Shown here piece after piece: positions 25,661 to 37,892 of a DNA stretch of 64,000 bases. Within the stretch, counting starts at the first letter, position 1. The number at the start of each line of letters is the position of its first letter. Source of the DNA: Takakia lepidozioides (Eukaryota; Plantae; Bryophyta). Under the pieces are notes generated by a model. That model was not told the DNA's origin and made no database searches. It worked only from the letters and a program-made list of their open reading frames with translations. The position numbers and the translations under genes are program-made. Where the stretch lies: the NCBI GenBank assembly GCA_030704615.1, contig CM060731.1, positions 40,672,001 to 40,736,000 of the forward strand, given 5' to 3'.

Positions 25661-26589
25661 GAAGCTGCCAAGTTGCTTATAGCTGCTTTCGTAGGCAAGG
25701 ACCAGCTTGACAATGCACATACTACCAAATTACAGTACATAGATTGGATTGCACATTGCAATCAGATTGTGGGTATTCATTTCAGCACATTGCCCGAAAT
25801 TGCAATATACATCATGTTGGCATATTGTTCAAACTTGTAGTATAGATTCTGTTGATTTGAGGGGTGCCACCTTATGTAGCATGTACTATTGCAAGCCTTG
25901 CAACTAATTGAAGACCAAAACAACCAGTCAAAGAGTGGAATGCACAAAGGAAAGAAACTAAGATAATTTTCTGATGCAACAAATGGTGTAAAGAAAAACT
26001 ATGACTTAAGTAAAAGATATGATCCTAAAAGGAAAAGAAAAATAGAGAGGTGTGCATTACGACCTACATAATCGGCAGATTTGGAGAACCAGTGCATTAT
26101 GGACACCATATTGCGCTGGCGGCTCAGGCGGGACATTACGAATATTAACAAAGAAATTATTAGAAATTCTTTACGAATATGAATATCATGGGTTCCATGA
26201 TATTTCAAATATCGACAACTGTTTTGTAAAGAATGATCTATACCCACTGAATGTTTTTCGATAAGTTGCATACTAAAATAAAACGCCACTCGTTTGTTAA
26301 TAGTTAATACCGTATCCCTGAGGTCTTGCAAGCCTTAGCTGTGTATGTTGGATGCCTTGCACCCTGGCATGACTTATTGACAAATTTTCTGATGGGCATA
26401 AATTTTTGCATCCATGTACTTATTTGGTCTATTTATTGGCCGTTCATCGAACAAAAAATATATATTCCAATCGATCTTTTCTCTCTCTCTCTCTCTCTAT
26501 TCCAATCGATCAATTTCTATTTGAAGTTAAAATCATCAATAATGTAAGAATTGTCGGAAAAAAAAACCAAAAAAAAAAAAAAAAAAAAA

Positions 26590-26896
26590 AACAGAGCAGA
26601 AGAGATTGTCGGCACCGATCATCACTTCTGCCCTGTTTTTTTTTTTAATTGAAAAAAACGGAGAAAAAAAAAAAAAAAAAAACAGAAGTGATGATCGGTG
26701 CCGACAATCACTTCTGCTCTGCTCTAACAAATTGAGACACGCTTCCTTGTGCCGCAGCTCTGCTCTGGATAGCCGCACTGCATTGCTTCACTGATGCAAA
26801 CACAGAGCAGAACAGAAGTGATTGTCGGTGCCGATCATCACTTCTGATCTGTTTTGGCATTTGGGTAGAGGTGATGATCGTCGACGATCATCAATT
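26590..26896. repeat. Cluster of palindromic ~34-bp units
   Basis: CAGAAGTGAT(T/G)(G/A)TCGG(T/C)(G/A)CCGA(T/C)(C/A)ATCACTTCTG at ~26597, ~26683 (inverted) and ~26813, plus a degenerate copy at ~26868. The first two are flanked by A/T tracts. Confidence 0.85.
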
Positions 26897-27385
26897 CTAT
26901 TTGATACTTGATACTTGATTTCCAAACATGCAAGGGCTTAGTATGTAGACCATATTTAAATCAGTCTATTCCATCTTGGCGATTTTTACGTAAGAAAGCC
27001 TCAATTTCACTCCGGCTAACTTTGATGGTTGGGGATCTGCACTGGGAACTGCTGCTACACCTTGTTATCAACTGATACAAAAGCTTGTTGAAACTAGCAT
27101 GCTCATTCTTCCTTTCATGGGAGGGATAAAGATCTCACTTCGGCAATCGAACACTTATCAAATTGCAGTTTATGACACGAGGGCCGGCGGTGGGATGGAT
27201 GTTAAAGATGTAATCTGCAATGACTGGAAAAGGTAAATAATTCCGCGGAAATAGGCACCTACCTCACGCCTCTGGGCTCACGATCTAGCATTTCCCCCTT
27301 CCGCCTGTTTTGTCCGCGGTTATAGGTCTTAGCAGTCAAACAGTACTAGATCACCATTCCCAACACATATGGGGAGAAAGTTATC

Positions 27386-27514
27386 TGGCTTTAAATCCCG
27401 ATGAAAATAGCCATGCTTATGCATGTAAGCAAGCGCCTGCAACACTTGAAAACACCAATTTCGTGCTTTTGCTTCAGAAAATAGTTTAGCTTTCAACTGA
27501 TATAGATCGCACTC
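27386..27514 (-). pseudogene. Single exon fragment of a MAK/CDKF-4-like Ser/Thr kinase
   Basis: TGCAG acceptor, then [41 protein letters not shown]. No flanking exons recognised. Confidence 0.8.
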
Positions 27515-28399
27515 CTGCAATAAGCAAAGTGCACAACCATCACGCACAATAAAACCTTGCATTCAACCAGAACCGAAACAACCACCATTGTTTGTTCAAG
27601 CAGTTATACACGACGCACAAATGTTCTCAGAACTGCAACCCTAAATTATAATTCAAGCCTTCTCATTCAAACTTTGTGTGAAAACATGGCATTGGATTAC
27701 TGCGAAAAACAATCCCATGGAGTGTGATGTACTTCCTGCTTGACAAGAAAAAATATGAGGACTGCGCCTATGGAAATGACGTGGCATGACGTGACGTGAC
27801 GTCAACCACGCTGGCGAGGACTGCTGACGTGCCATAACACCCGTGAACCAACGTGGCGACAACTGCTGGCGTGGCGTGAGCTTGACTGCGCTCACGTGCT
27901 CACATGCTCACGCGGAGGCGTCCCCCCCAAGAAACTGACGCGAAAGAAGAGATACTTGGGACTCGAGAGGTTGCAATGCTGGGTTTTTATCATTGCCACA
28001 TCTGATCTTCTCTTCCCTCTCCATGAGCTATTCGTAGATATCCCTAACTTACATTCATTGATCAATCTCAATGTTAGTACATGAAATCAACATAAACATG
28101 AAAAGCCGGCGGCCGCCCACATTTACTGCATATGATCTACAAAATTCAAATCATCTGAACAGTGAACATTCAAAGAAAAATTGCAGAAACCAAGAATTAT
28201 AGGCTAAAGTAATAAAGTGCCGGAAGTGAGCCACTGAGCTTCACCATTCATTACATTGCAAGCAACTAAAAATTTCCTTCAAAGTTCATATCTGCAAATA
28301 TGTTGTCCATTCTCCCATCACATCCCAGCAGCCATTGAATGCACGCAGACATATTGCAACCGGTAGGTAAACCTCTCTAGCTAGAAACGTGCTGACGAT

Positions 28400-28690
28400 A
28401 GATTACAAGAACGAAGGTGGTTAGAGGCGAACCCTGTGAACGGCCCGGATGTCATCTGGCGATCAGCCCTACATATGACGATTATGGTGGCGATAGGGAG
28501 GTGAAGAGGTGGATGTACGTTAGGCGATCTAGACCATCCCCCCCATCGCAGCGTGGCGACACTGCGTGCTTTTGGATTCTCATTTTGGCGAATTTGGCCC
28601 ATTTTCGTCATTTTTTTTAATTATATGCGATTCGCATGGGCCTCTCACATGTCGCCAAGTGGTGATAAATTGCCAAATAAAAAAACGTTG
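28400..28690 (-). mobile_element. hAT-type terminal and subterminal end reading leftward
   Basis: Minus strand CAACGTTTTTTTATTTGGCAATTTATCACCACTTGGCGAC with repeated TCGCC motifs. It matches the end at 24594-24610. Confidence 0.6.
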
Positions 28691-29302
28691 ATCGGATCTC
28701 TTCACCTGCTTCCCAAGTCCAGTAGTAAAGGAGCATTTTACAGCTACATCTCCAGCTACAATTGCCTTCTGATACCGTACATCTGTCATGATACAAAAAA
28801 ATTCCTGAGGCTTGCTAATTTCGATAGATCGTTGATTGCACCTTGCTCTGATTATTCGACCAATGCCTCGCATCAATGCTTGAAGGGATTGCGGGGGATA
28901 CATTGTACCATCTTGTTTGTCTACTTCAAGTATGAAGTACGACAACATTTCAACAAAGCCTCGAATATCGTGCTCTTCAGACATACCCTCAATAGATTTA
29001 GATATGTCGTAACCTTTCTCAAGGTGCCGGTCATCAAAAGCCTTCCTGGCCCATTGGTCTGACTGCTCGCTATTGCGACTCCCACTCGCATCTACAGTCT
29101 TTTTCTCTTTATCAGTGATAGTCTCGTGTCGTCTACTGGTGACTCTCGTTTCTTCGTCTGAAGATGAATCAGACCCTGAGCCTATTCCTGGAATGTGATC
29201 TACCACATCAGTAGATATGACGGTGGTAGGGGGAACCAATATGGCAGACACCGGAACAAAAGAAACAGCGACAGCGGGCATTGATGCATTAGGGATCGAC
29301 AT
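28691..29302 (-). mobile_element. Crypton-like tyrosine recombinase, N-terminal (core-binding) half
   Basis: QWARKAFDD..MLSYFILEVDKQDGTMYPPQSLQALMRGIGRII..GLGKQVKRSD matches the F..E.RK.DG..YPP.SL..L..GI pattern of DUF3504/Crypton proteins. Confidence 0.8.
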
Positions 29303-29968
29303 AGCAAGTAAAGAATTTGCACCAAATGCTGCTGCAAAGGAGTCGGTACATCTTCAATATTGTAAGAACTGCCAACGCATGCAGATAAGGCGTTACCAAA
29401 CTACCGCAACAATTGTAGAAGAAGAATTAACAGATAATTCAGCTAGAGAGAGAGAGTAATTCAGCCTTCACGGGTTCGGATCCGGGTCCTGATTAATTGA
29501 TTAAAAAAACTAAAAAAAAGAGATTAATTAGAAATTATTATTTTCTGTCATATTTAATTAAACAAGCGGCTAGTCGCATAATGGCTACACCCTAAGACTC
29601 TAAGTAGAAAATTTCCTTGAGATGTTACATTGAAATAAGATAATCACATATTCAAAGTATATTTTAAACATGTTCTGTATAAGAGGAAAATATTTTTATT
29701 TATAAAATAGAAAGGCCCTGAGAGAACTTTATTGATGTATGAATTATATATTGATGTATGATATTACAACACTGATCTTCAGACTTACAAATTATTAAAA
29801 TATTGAAATGCTTGTTGAAATACTAACTGGAGTACTGAAATACTTGTTGAAGAACTAGCTGAAATATTCAAATACTTGCTTGAAATACTTGCTAAGAAAC
29901 TTGCTGAAATATTGAAATACTTGCTGAAAATCTTTTTTGAAATACTAAAATACTGATATTTTATTGTA

Positions 29969-32031
29969 CTAAAATATTGTAGCCATTTGAATCTGCTGAA
30001 ATGCCTCCTTGGTTTGAAGTCTGTACCCTATATCTGACCAATTACATAGTTTCCTCATATCCCTAGAGGTGCCAAAACATTTCTTGTGGACTCTCTCTCT
30101 TGGTCCTCTGTCAAATGGATTCATCACAGTGGATGTTCCCGATTCAAACAACTGTGTGATCCCTTCCTCCAGTTGAGGATCTACTCTTGGAGGTTTCTTG
30201 TAACTACCCATCCACAGTGACTCGATGGTTCTCTCGTGCTTGAAATCTGGTCCTTCAAAATAGATCTGCATCCAGGCTCTTTCAGCTGTCTATGCCTCCA
30301 CAACACAAATGCCTACAATCTGCCCCTTGTTGCAAGTAGCTAACGACGATTACTCATTATCCACACAGCTAACACCATCACCACCTACCAAAAAATAGCT
30401 CTCATGCTGAATTGCTGCTAACACTATAAAAATGCGGGTGAGGGAGAGGGCGATGACAATTTGAGACAAATTTTTCAATGCATGTTGTTTGCTTCCGCTG
30501 TAATAGAACAGAGGCATTCACCTTTTTGCCTTGATTGTCCCACCATTGACTGGGGTCTGACAAATATTCCTTCCAAAGATTCTCTTCATCCCTAATTGTG
30601 CTATTCAGAAATTTGCCTGCAACTACAAAAGTTGTAACATGTCAAAACATCAGACCATAAGAGATCCACCCAAACTTACATTACAAAGCCCATTATGAAA
30701 AAGAGATGTTCGTGTGGTTTAAGAAACCCCTTCGGACTATCCATCCACGGTGCCTCATTGGTACTGTTGTGCTTGAAATCTGGTCCTCTAAATCTGGTCC
30801 TCTAGGATGGATCTGCACCCACACTCCATCCCTGCCTTCTTTAGTTATTCTGTCTATAACGAAAATGCCTAGATTCCCTTTAGTGCAAGTAGCTAACAAT
30901 AATAAAACCTATACAGGGGACACCCCTCCTTAACTTACCAAATACAGTTCCCATATTGAATTGGTGCCAAGACAAACAAAAGTGTGTGTGTGAGAGAGAG
31001 AGAGAAGGTCCTTACCAGCAATGGCTCCAGTGTATTCTTCTAGCACTAATCCCCACTGAATACTAAATCTGTTGTGGGGTTTTAACAACCGTGGCATGGA
31101 AAATTAGCCCAAAACATTCATATACCCATGCACAGTCAACTAAACAATCTGATAATATTATTGGCATCATGCTAGAAAGCACGACGTTCACATGAGCACT
31201 GTCACATCAGCCGACCTCCACCTTAGATAATTGTTTTGGCTGTGGTTGCCATGCCATTTCCTTCACTAACAAGCTTTGCCCCAGGTGAGCAATACAGATT
31301 TGCCACATGCCACTTAAAAGGCCTAGTCCCTGCATGATTATCTTCCTTTCAGACTGACCATGGTCTTGAACTATTTTCGAAGTTTCTGTATATGTTAAGT
31401 TTTCATACAATCTTATTCTGTGGAACTGGAAGGTGGGATCAGAAGGGAAGTAAATGGCTTCACAAAAATCTTTCGTGATGATGAGATACGAGACAGCTTG
31501 GAAGTTCCATACCAATGCCACCTTCAATGGAAATGAGTTTTGATCACTACGCTGGCATTTCCCTCATCCCAGAAAACTTGAGGTTGATCCAGCAGAGATT
31601 CTGGTGTAAAATAGCAGGCATTCACCTTATTACCTCGATTGTAGTACCATTGCCTTGGGTCTGCAAAATATTCATTCCAGAGTTTCTCCACATCTGTATT
31701 CTGGCCGTGAAGTGTACCTCCCACCTGCCGAGACAACGGAGGATGACCAGTTGAGAGGTCACTTCAAAAGCCGGGTGGTTTCCTGAAAGCAAGCGGTAAC
31801 TCAGTGTAAGAGAATAACATCCCAACAGATATCAGAATCCCTCCACAACACCAACAAAAATATCAAATCATCATGGGACATGAAGAGTCCATATTTACAA
31901 GACAAACAAACTTCTTGTCATTCTACACCTTCGATAAGGTCTGTGCATGAAGACGCTGCCATCCTCCCATCCCTGCGCGGCTTCTCTGCCATAAACAAAA
32001 CCCTAAAGCTTTTCAGCGAAAACGCTGCCAT
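29969..32031 (-). pseudogene. Multi-exon OSB-type PDF-motif gene (two intron-split motifs), frameshifted
   Basis: Exons ~31730-31626 (EKLWNEYFADPRQWYYNRGNK), from 30812 (IHPRGPD..FKH, with a 14-bp duplication at 30776-30803), 30616-30522 (EENLWKEYLSDPSQWWDNQGKK) and 30265-29969 (IYFEGPDFKHERTIESLW). Donors read GTGAATGCC. Possible first exon MAAFSLKSFRV at ~32031. Confidence 0.7.
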
Positions 32032-33189
32032 TCTGCATCCCCCACCAACACACGTCTTCCCTGCAAAAAAAAAAACAACCCTACAACTTTCTTTTAATTC
32101 TTTCTTTGAGCTCTAAAAGATCAGCAAACAAAACAAAAAAAATCAGTTATATATATATATATATACGAAGGAAATTAAACCTTGCTCTTATCTTTATCAT
32201 AGTTTTTTATAATTCCAAATTTTAATATGAAATTACTTTCAAATATCTGCACTTCTGGCAGAATTATTATAAATAAATTTTAGACTCAGTTTTTTTTTTA
32301 GTGTTAATGTGATAGTGCTGTAATAAATCTCATGAATTTTTAAAAGCAAAAAATATTTCACTTTTATTTTGTTTTTATCCAAAAATGCTTTTGTTTAAAA
32401 ATGTAAGTATTTTCTGATCTCTAAGTTTCTGCTTTCTATTTTAAGGTGTATAAATAAATAAATAAATAAATAAGCCTATGTAAGTTAGCCTACATAAGCA
32501 TATGAATATTTACATGTGTAAGATTCATTTATGGGTCTTATCCAATCAAGGTACATTCAAGCTAACATTTAAGTTGGGGAGGATTATGTGCTTCATATAG
32601 GTACTATCTAGTGGAGGTATATCAGGATCTTACTCATTTTTGGCACCAATGCCTTGTCTCTCCCTTATAGGAAGGAGCCAATAAATGTTAGATAAATATC
32701 ACATTTTAAAAAAAGAAAGAAAGTTTACATATATATATATATTTGTTTATCAAAAGCTAAAACCCGGACCCTGACCTTATGGACCTAGCAAGCGGGTCCG
32801 GGTTCATTTCAGAAATGAACTCAGGTCCGGGGTGGGGTTTTTTGAGATTACACGGTCCCGGGGCCAAAACCCGGACCCGCACAACACTGGTTTACACATA
32901 GTTTTGCGATATATTTCAATGAATTCCCAGCCTCAAATAAGGCATCCAAAGTTAGTCCAAGCCAATAGTACTGCCAGCTATGACAAAGTTTGACACCACC
33001 ATTATTATTTGCTCTACATGTAGCTAAGATATACTCCATTAGTGATCAATTTTTATTTTTTTTACTTTATTTATTAAAAAGCTTGGAGACGATTCACAAA
33101 TGATTCATAGGAGGGGAGAAGTTATAACCCCATTCAATTATGAGCTGTGAAGCTTTATAGAGACTGGACCCATACTCGAATGTTGATGA

Positions 33190-33268
33190 ACCAACAGCGG
33201 ATTGAGCCCCAGACCCTCATGTCACTGGAATTGGCACCAATGCCCAACCACTGTGCGCCACTATGTGC
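33190..33268 (-). mobile_element. tRNA-like SINE head (degenerate)
   Basis: A-box TGGCGCACAGTGG and B-box-like GGGCTCAATCC at tRNA spacing. No intact cloverleaf seen. Confidence 0.4.
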
Positions 33269-34839
33269 TTCAATATGTGAATGGTTGAGCTCTCAGTGTC
33301 TTGCACTCTCTTTAACAATTTCCTTGGCCGAGGTTTCCATGGTTTAGGTTCACTCTTTGGATACCATTTGTGATGTTGGTTGGAAGGATGGGGGATCGGG
33401 CAATATTGATGGCTTGCCTACTTAGATTACCATATGATCCAAAGGGCATATTTGTGTAGAAATGTGTCTCCAACGGAATATGAGGTAAATTGCTCATGTT
33501 AAGATTTCTTTTATAAGAGATATCTACTTGGCTTTGAAATATCGCCAGTTACGCAACCATTCCGATCATTAAATCATTGCATACTTGGCTTTAGAGATGG
33601 GAAGGAAGAGCGGATATGGATTATCATGTTTTAAACTTTTGTCTACAGTGCCCAAATGGGAGGCGTTTAAAATTGTTGTTTTTTTTTCGGTTAGTTGTTA
33701 GTTCCTGGACAAAGCCTAAAGAGCTTCTCAGTCCAGATTGCTGAATCTGCTGTCAGTAATAAGATTTTGGGTCGATTGAGTGTTGCACTTGTCCCATGGC
33801 TCCCTCTGGACGTTTAATATCATTGATTCTTCATCCAATGGAAGACTTTCTCTCCTACCAACCAGTTCAATGGGGGAGTGATTTCTAGTCTCAACATTGA
33901 ATGGCAGCTCTTGCTGACCTAATTCTTCTGGTCATCTTCTTCCACAACTCAGCTTTCATTCCCTTACAATAACCCAGTGTGATGTATGCTTTCATAACGC
34001 TTGTGAAGTTATGACTTCTCAACTCAATTGGCCGGCAATTACATCTTCTACATGGGTTGTCCAAACTTGGCAAAAGAGAACTCAAAATTCCTTCCAAGCT
34101 CCTGGTTAATGGGAAATAAGAATGACATAAATGAAAGTGTAGAGTGGTATCCTAGTGTATGTCAACTAATAACTCAATAACCACAAGTTAAAAAAGAAAA
34201 AGAATAAACCCACAAGTTTTCAAGGACAAAAGCCATACTTGTTATTAATTCCTAATTCTATCTATGTAGGGAGTTGACACTTGAAACTCACAATTGCCAT
34301 ATTCTTCCCTTCCATGAGGGAATTCTTGGATGATTCTTTGGATGGGGAGAAAATGAAGTTTGTGCGTGCCTCTGCATTGGGTGCAGATAAGAATGGATGT
34401 AGAGTGGTTCATGCATACTAAATTTGCACACGCCTTTCAATGGACGAGTATGTTGTCTTAAACTTCCACTTCTGTTGTCATTCCATCCTCTTAACAGCCA
34501 ATTCTCATTTATCCATCTCATGTGGATCAGAACTTCATTGAGTCACTTTGTTTTTTTTTTTTTTTTTTTTTTGTTTTGGTTTTTTTTCTCTCACTCGCTC
34601 ATTTCAGTAAACTTATTGAAGTCGCTCCCAGGTTTCCTCTGTAAAAAATTAAAAAACAGTCCAATAATTTAATGAATATTGTAACATCAATTCTGCAACA
34701 ATAATACACCCCCCAATAAGGCAAATCTGTGGGACAAGATGATATTTGGCCATAAACCCTCATAAACCCACTCCACAACACCCCATAACTAAGTTGGCAA
34801 AAGCCAGATAGGCAGTAGTGGGCACAGGACCAATGAGCG

Positions 34840-35450
34840 GCCATTAATAGGGCCGCTCTTAACACCACGCGGAGAGCCTAAATTTGGCGGCAGCAGCTTG
34901 GCGACGGCCCCCAGCCTGGAAAGCCTTGTCTGGCGGGCCCACGCCACACTAGTGGCGTTCCCGCTAGTTTAGCCACGGTTAGGGCTAGGGTTAGGGCTGG
35001 CCTAATCCCAGTTAACCATAATCCGCCTACATGATGAGGGTGGCGTTGTTATGATGACGATAACTATTCAGTTAAGAAGGGTTTAGTGTCGGCTTTAATT
35101 GTGTATTTCGCGATTAGCAACCCTTCCAACATTCGTAATATTCGGGCCTATAATCGAGGCCCCGAGATGATGTGGGTCAGCGAGAGTCCACGTGGGAATC
35201 TGTGATTCGTTTATTTTCGAGATGGAGCAGTGGAGGGGGGTTTGATGAGGTGACGTGGCGAAATCGAGATGCGGAAACGAGATACTGAGTACGTGGCAGA
35301 ATAACTGCAAGCGCGCCGCCTAAAAAGCTGAGGGGGGCAAAACAGCGGGCCGGGCCGCTGGCGGCCCGTCCCTCTATTTTGGCCGGGGCGTGCCTAAATA
35401 CCTGCGATCCTAACTTTACCCCGTCTATCTCTCTCTCTCTCTCTCTCTCG
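34840..35450 (+). promoter_or_regulatory. Cyclin D upstream promoter region
   Basis: GC-rich, with E2F-like TTTGGCGG (~34883), telo-like TAGGGTTAGGG (~34987), GGGCCC, G-box-type CCACGTGG (~35188) and TGACGTGGC (~35251), and (CT)n at ~35428. Confidence 0.45.
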
Positions 35451-35920
35451 CTCGCTGGCTTGGCTGCAGCGTAAACCTCCGTTCTTTCTTCTTTCTGAGG
35501 CTGTCTGAGCAGCTCTTGGTAGAATGACTGTGAAGAGCTTGTGCATGTGGAGCTCAATGCATGCGCTGCTGATGTGTAGGGGGAAGAACGCGAGGGTGTA
35601 GTAGTGGCGCGCTTTTGCTAGTCTTTGGTTCTTTCGCTGTGTCTGCAGTGAGGAGGCGGGGAGTGTGTGGAGTGTGTGTCTTGGTAATGAGTTAGATGTC
35701 GTGCTGCAGGCATCGAAGTTGCTGCATTGTTGACTCGTTGTGCCAATGAGTAATGTTGATCTCTGTCATTGGGATGTACGTGAAGCTGGCGATAGCTTGT
35801 AATTAACTAGACTTGAACAGTTGGAATTAGAAGAGGTGTACAGATTTGGAGATGGCTCTTGGTTCAGAAGGCCACGCATGAAGTGGTCGATAGTCTATAG
35901 GAGGGGAGCCCTCCAGAGGG

Positions 35921-37892
35921 ATGTCGCCGAGCTTTGATCCCATCGGTAGCCTCTACTGCGCGGAGGATGTGTGCGGGACTGCATGGGACGATGATCACGT
36001 CAGCTATCCCGAGTCCGAAACCGTGAATGATTTCCATCCTGCTGTGTTCCTGGATTTCCCTGTTGAGGATGAAGAGGCTATCGCAACGCTGCTGCAAAAA
36101 GAGGCGCGGTATATGCCTGAAGAAGGTTACTTGGAGAGATACCATGCCCGTAACCTCAATGCTGGAGCTCGTCAGAGCGCTATCCGCTGGATGCTCAAGG
36201 TCGCTCTCATGTTCTATTGCTCGGATTTGATCATTGGCAGGATTGTGCTTATCCTAGAGCCCGAGAACAGTCGCATTACCTCGAATGGATTGTGTTTGTT
36301 CTTTGCAATTTGATCTTTTTACTTTCAGTGAGAGGCTTGGCTTTGGCGGTTAAACCTTCCGTGCGGTCTGGTTTTCCCTGCTTTGACCTTCAGCCTTACA
36401 TGTATCGAGCCTACTGAGATGTTGATTTCAGAGCACTTAAAGAGTGTATTTTTTTCTCAGAATGTAGAAGGCTCTACAGTGGTTGTAGTTCACCACGGGT
36501 ACGGACTGGTTCCATGAACATTGCCAGAACCTGTGATTCACGTGAGGCATTGTTGACGGCAGGTTCAAGAGTTTTACAATTTCGGTCCTTTAACTGCCGC
36601 CCTTTCAATAAATTACATGGATCGCTTCATGTCCCGCCATCATCTTCCGGTAGGAGCTCTTATCTCACTCGTCAAATGTCCTTGGGCCTGCTCTGCGATT
36701 TCTACATCTTTAAAGCGGGCTGTGTGTCTGCTGCACCTGGTCCTGTTGTGTGTAGAAAGGATATTTGATCTTGAGCTAACATTCTAGCTATGTGTCTTGC
36801 AGCAGGGAAAGGCCTGGATGCATCAGCTGCTGTCTGTTGCCTGCATATCTTTGGCAGCCAAAATGGAGGAGACATACGTCCCGTTTCTGCTTGACTTGCA
36901 GGTAATGATACGTGCCCCATCTTAGTGACAGGTTGCATCCGATATGACGCGCTTTGAGGTTTTTGCATTTGATGTGCGGTGAAAATAGCATTCTAACATC
37001 GAGCGCGCAACAGGTTGAAGAGGTTGAGCACATATTTGAGGCTCACACAATTCAAAGAATGGAGCTTCTGGTGCTGTCCACGCTGGAGTGGCGAATGAGC
37101 TCTGTTACACCCTTCTCCTATATTGATTACTACTTCCACAAGCTCGGCATCAGCAACCTACTGCTGCGGGCACTTCTGGGGCGAGTCAGCGAACTCATAT
37201 TGGGAACTATGAAAGGTGAGTTTCTAGCAAGTTTGTGGTTGCATTGGTGTACGCCATGCCCCTTCCCCTTCGAAGCGTTTCACCGTTACCTGATCTGTGT
37301 TCAGCCGTTCTCTTAATTACGAGGTTTAGGTCGTCTAATCTAAAGCCCATTGTCTTTTGCAGAAACTCTGTTTCTTCAATACCGGCCTTCTGTAATCGCG
37401 GCTGCGGCCATCATCTCATCCCTAGAGGAAGTGACGGCTCTACAAGCTGGCGATCTTTATCGCGTGTTTGGTGCTCTCTCAGTTGAGGAGGTGAGCCACT
37501 GTACTGTGCCTGCCCCTCTTCCTAAGCTTAAGATCCTACAAGGTCGATAGTGTGCTTATGTTGGTTCCTTGATTCATTTTTTGCTGGAAGCTGATCCTTG
37601 CATGTGGCCTTTTATGCAGAAAGCGTTAAAAAGCTGTTGCGAAGACATCCAGGAGCAATTGGCGGATCCGTTTTGCCGACTTCCATTGAGAAGGAAGATT
37701 TTCTGCCGCTCAACAGAACCCCAGAGCCCTGTTGGAGTACTGGAGGCTGCATCTCTTAGTAGTTGTGCCAGTGATAGTACTATTGGACCCCGAGAGTCAA
37801 GCCCAGGAGTTAGCTTGGCCTCGACAGCAGCACATAAGCGAAGGAAGATAGATGAGTTTTGCAGCACTCCTTGTGGCCTTACTTCCCTATAG
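35921..37892 (+). CDS. CYCD: D-type cyclin, ~355 aa; exons 35921-36199, 36563-36649, 36803-36901, 37014-37215, 37363-37490, 37620-37892
   Basis: LxCxE (LYCAE), [70 protein letters not shown]. All introns are GT-AG and the phases are consistent. Confidence 0.96.

Noticed and set aside
34975-35000. Interstitial telomere
   Set aside because: Only about three imperfect units; better explained as promoter telo-like boxes.
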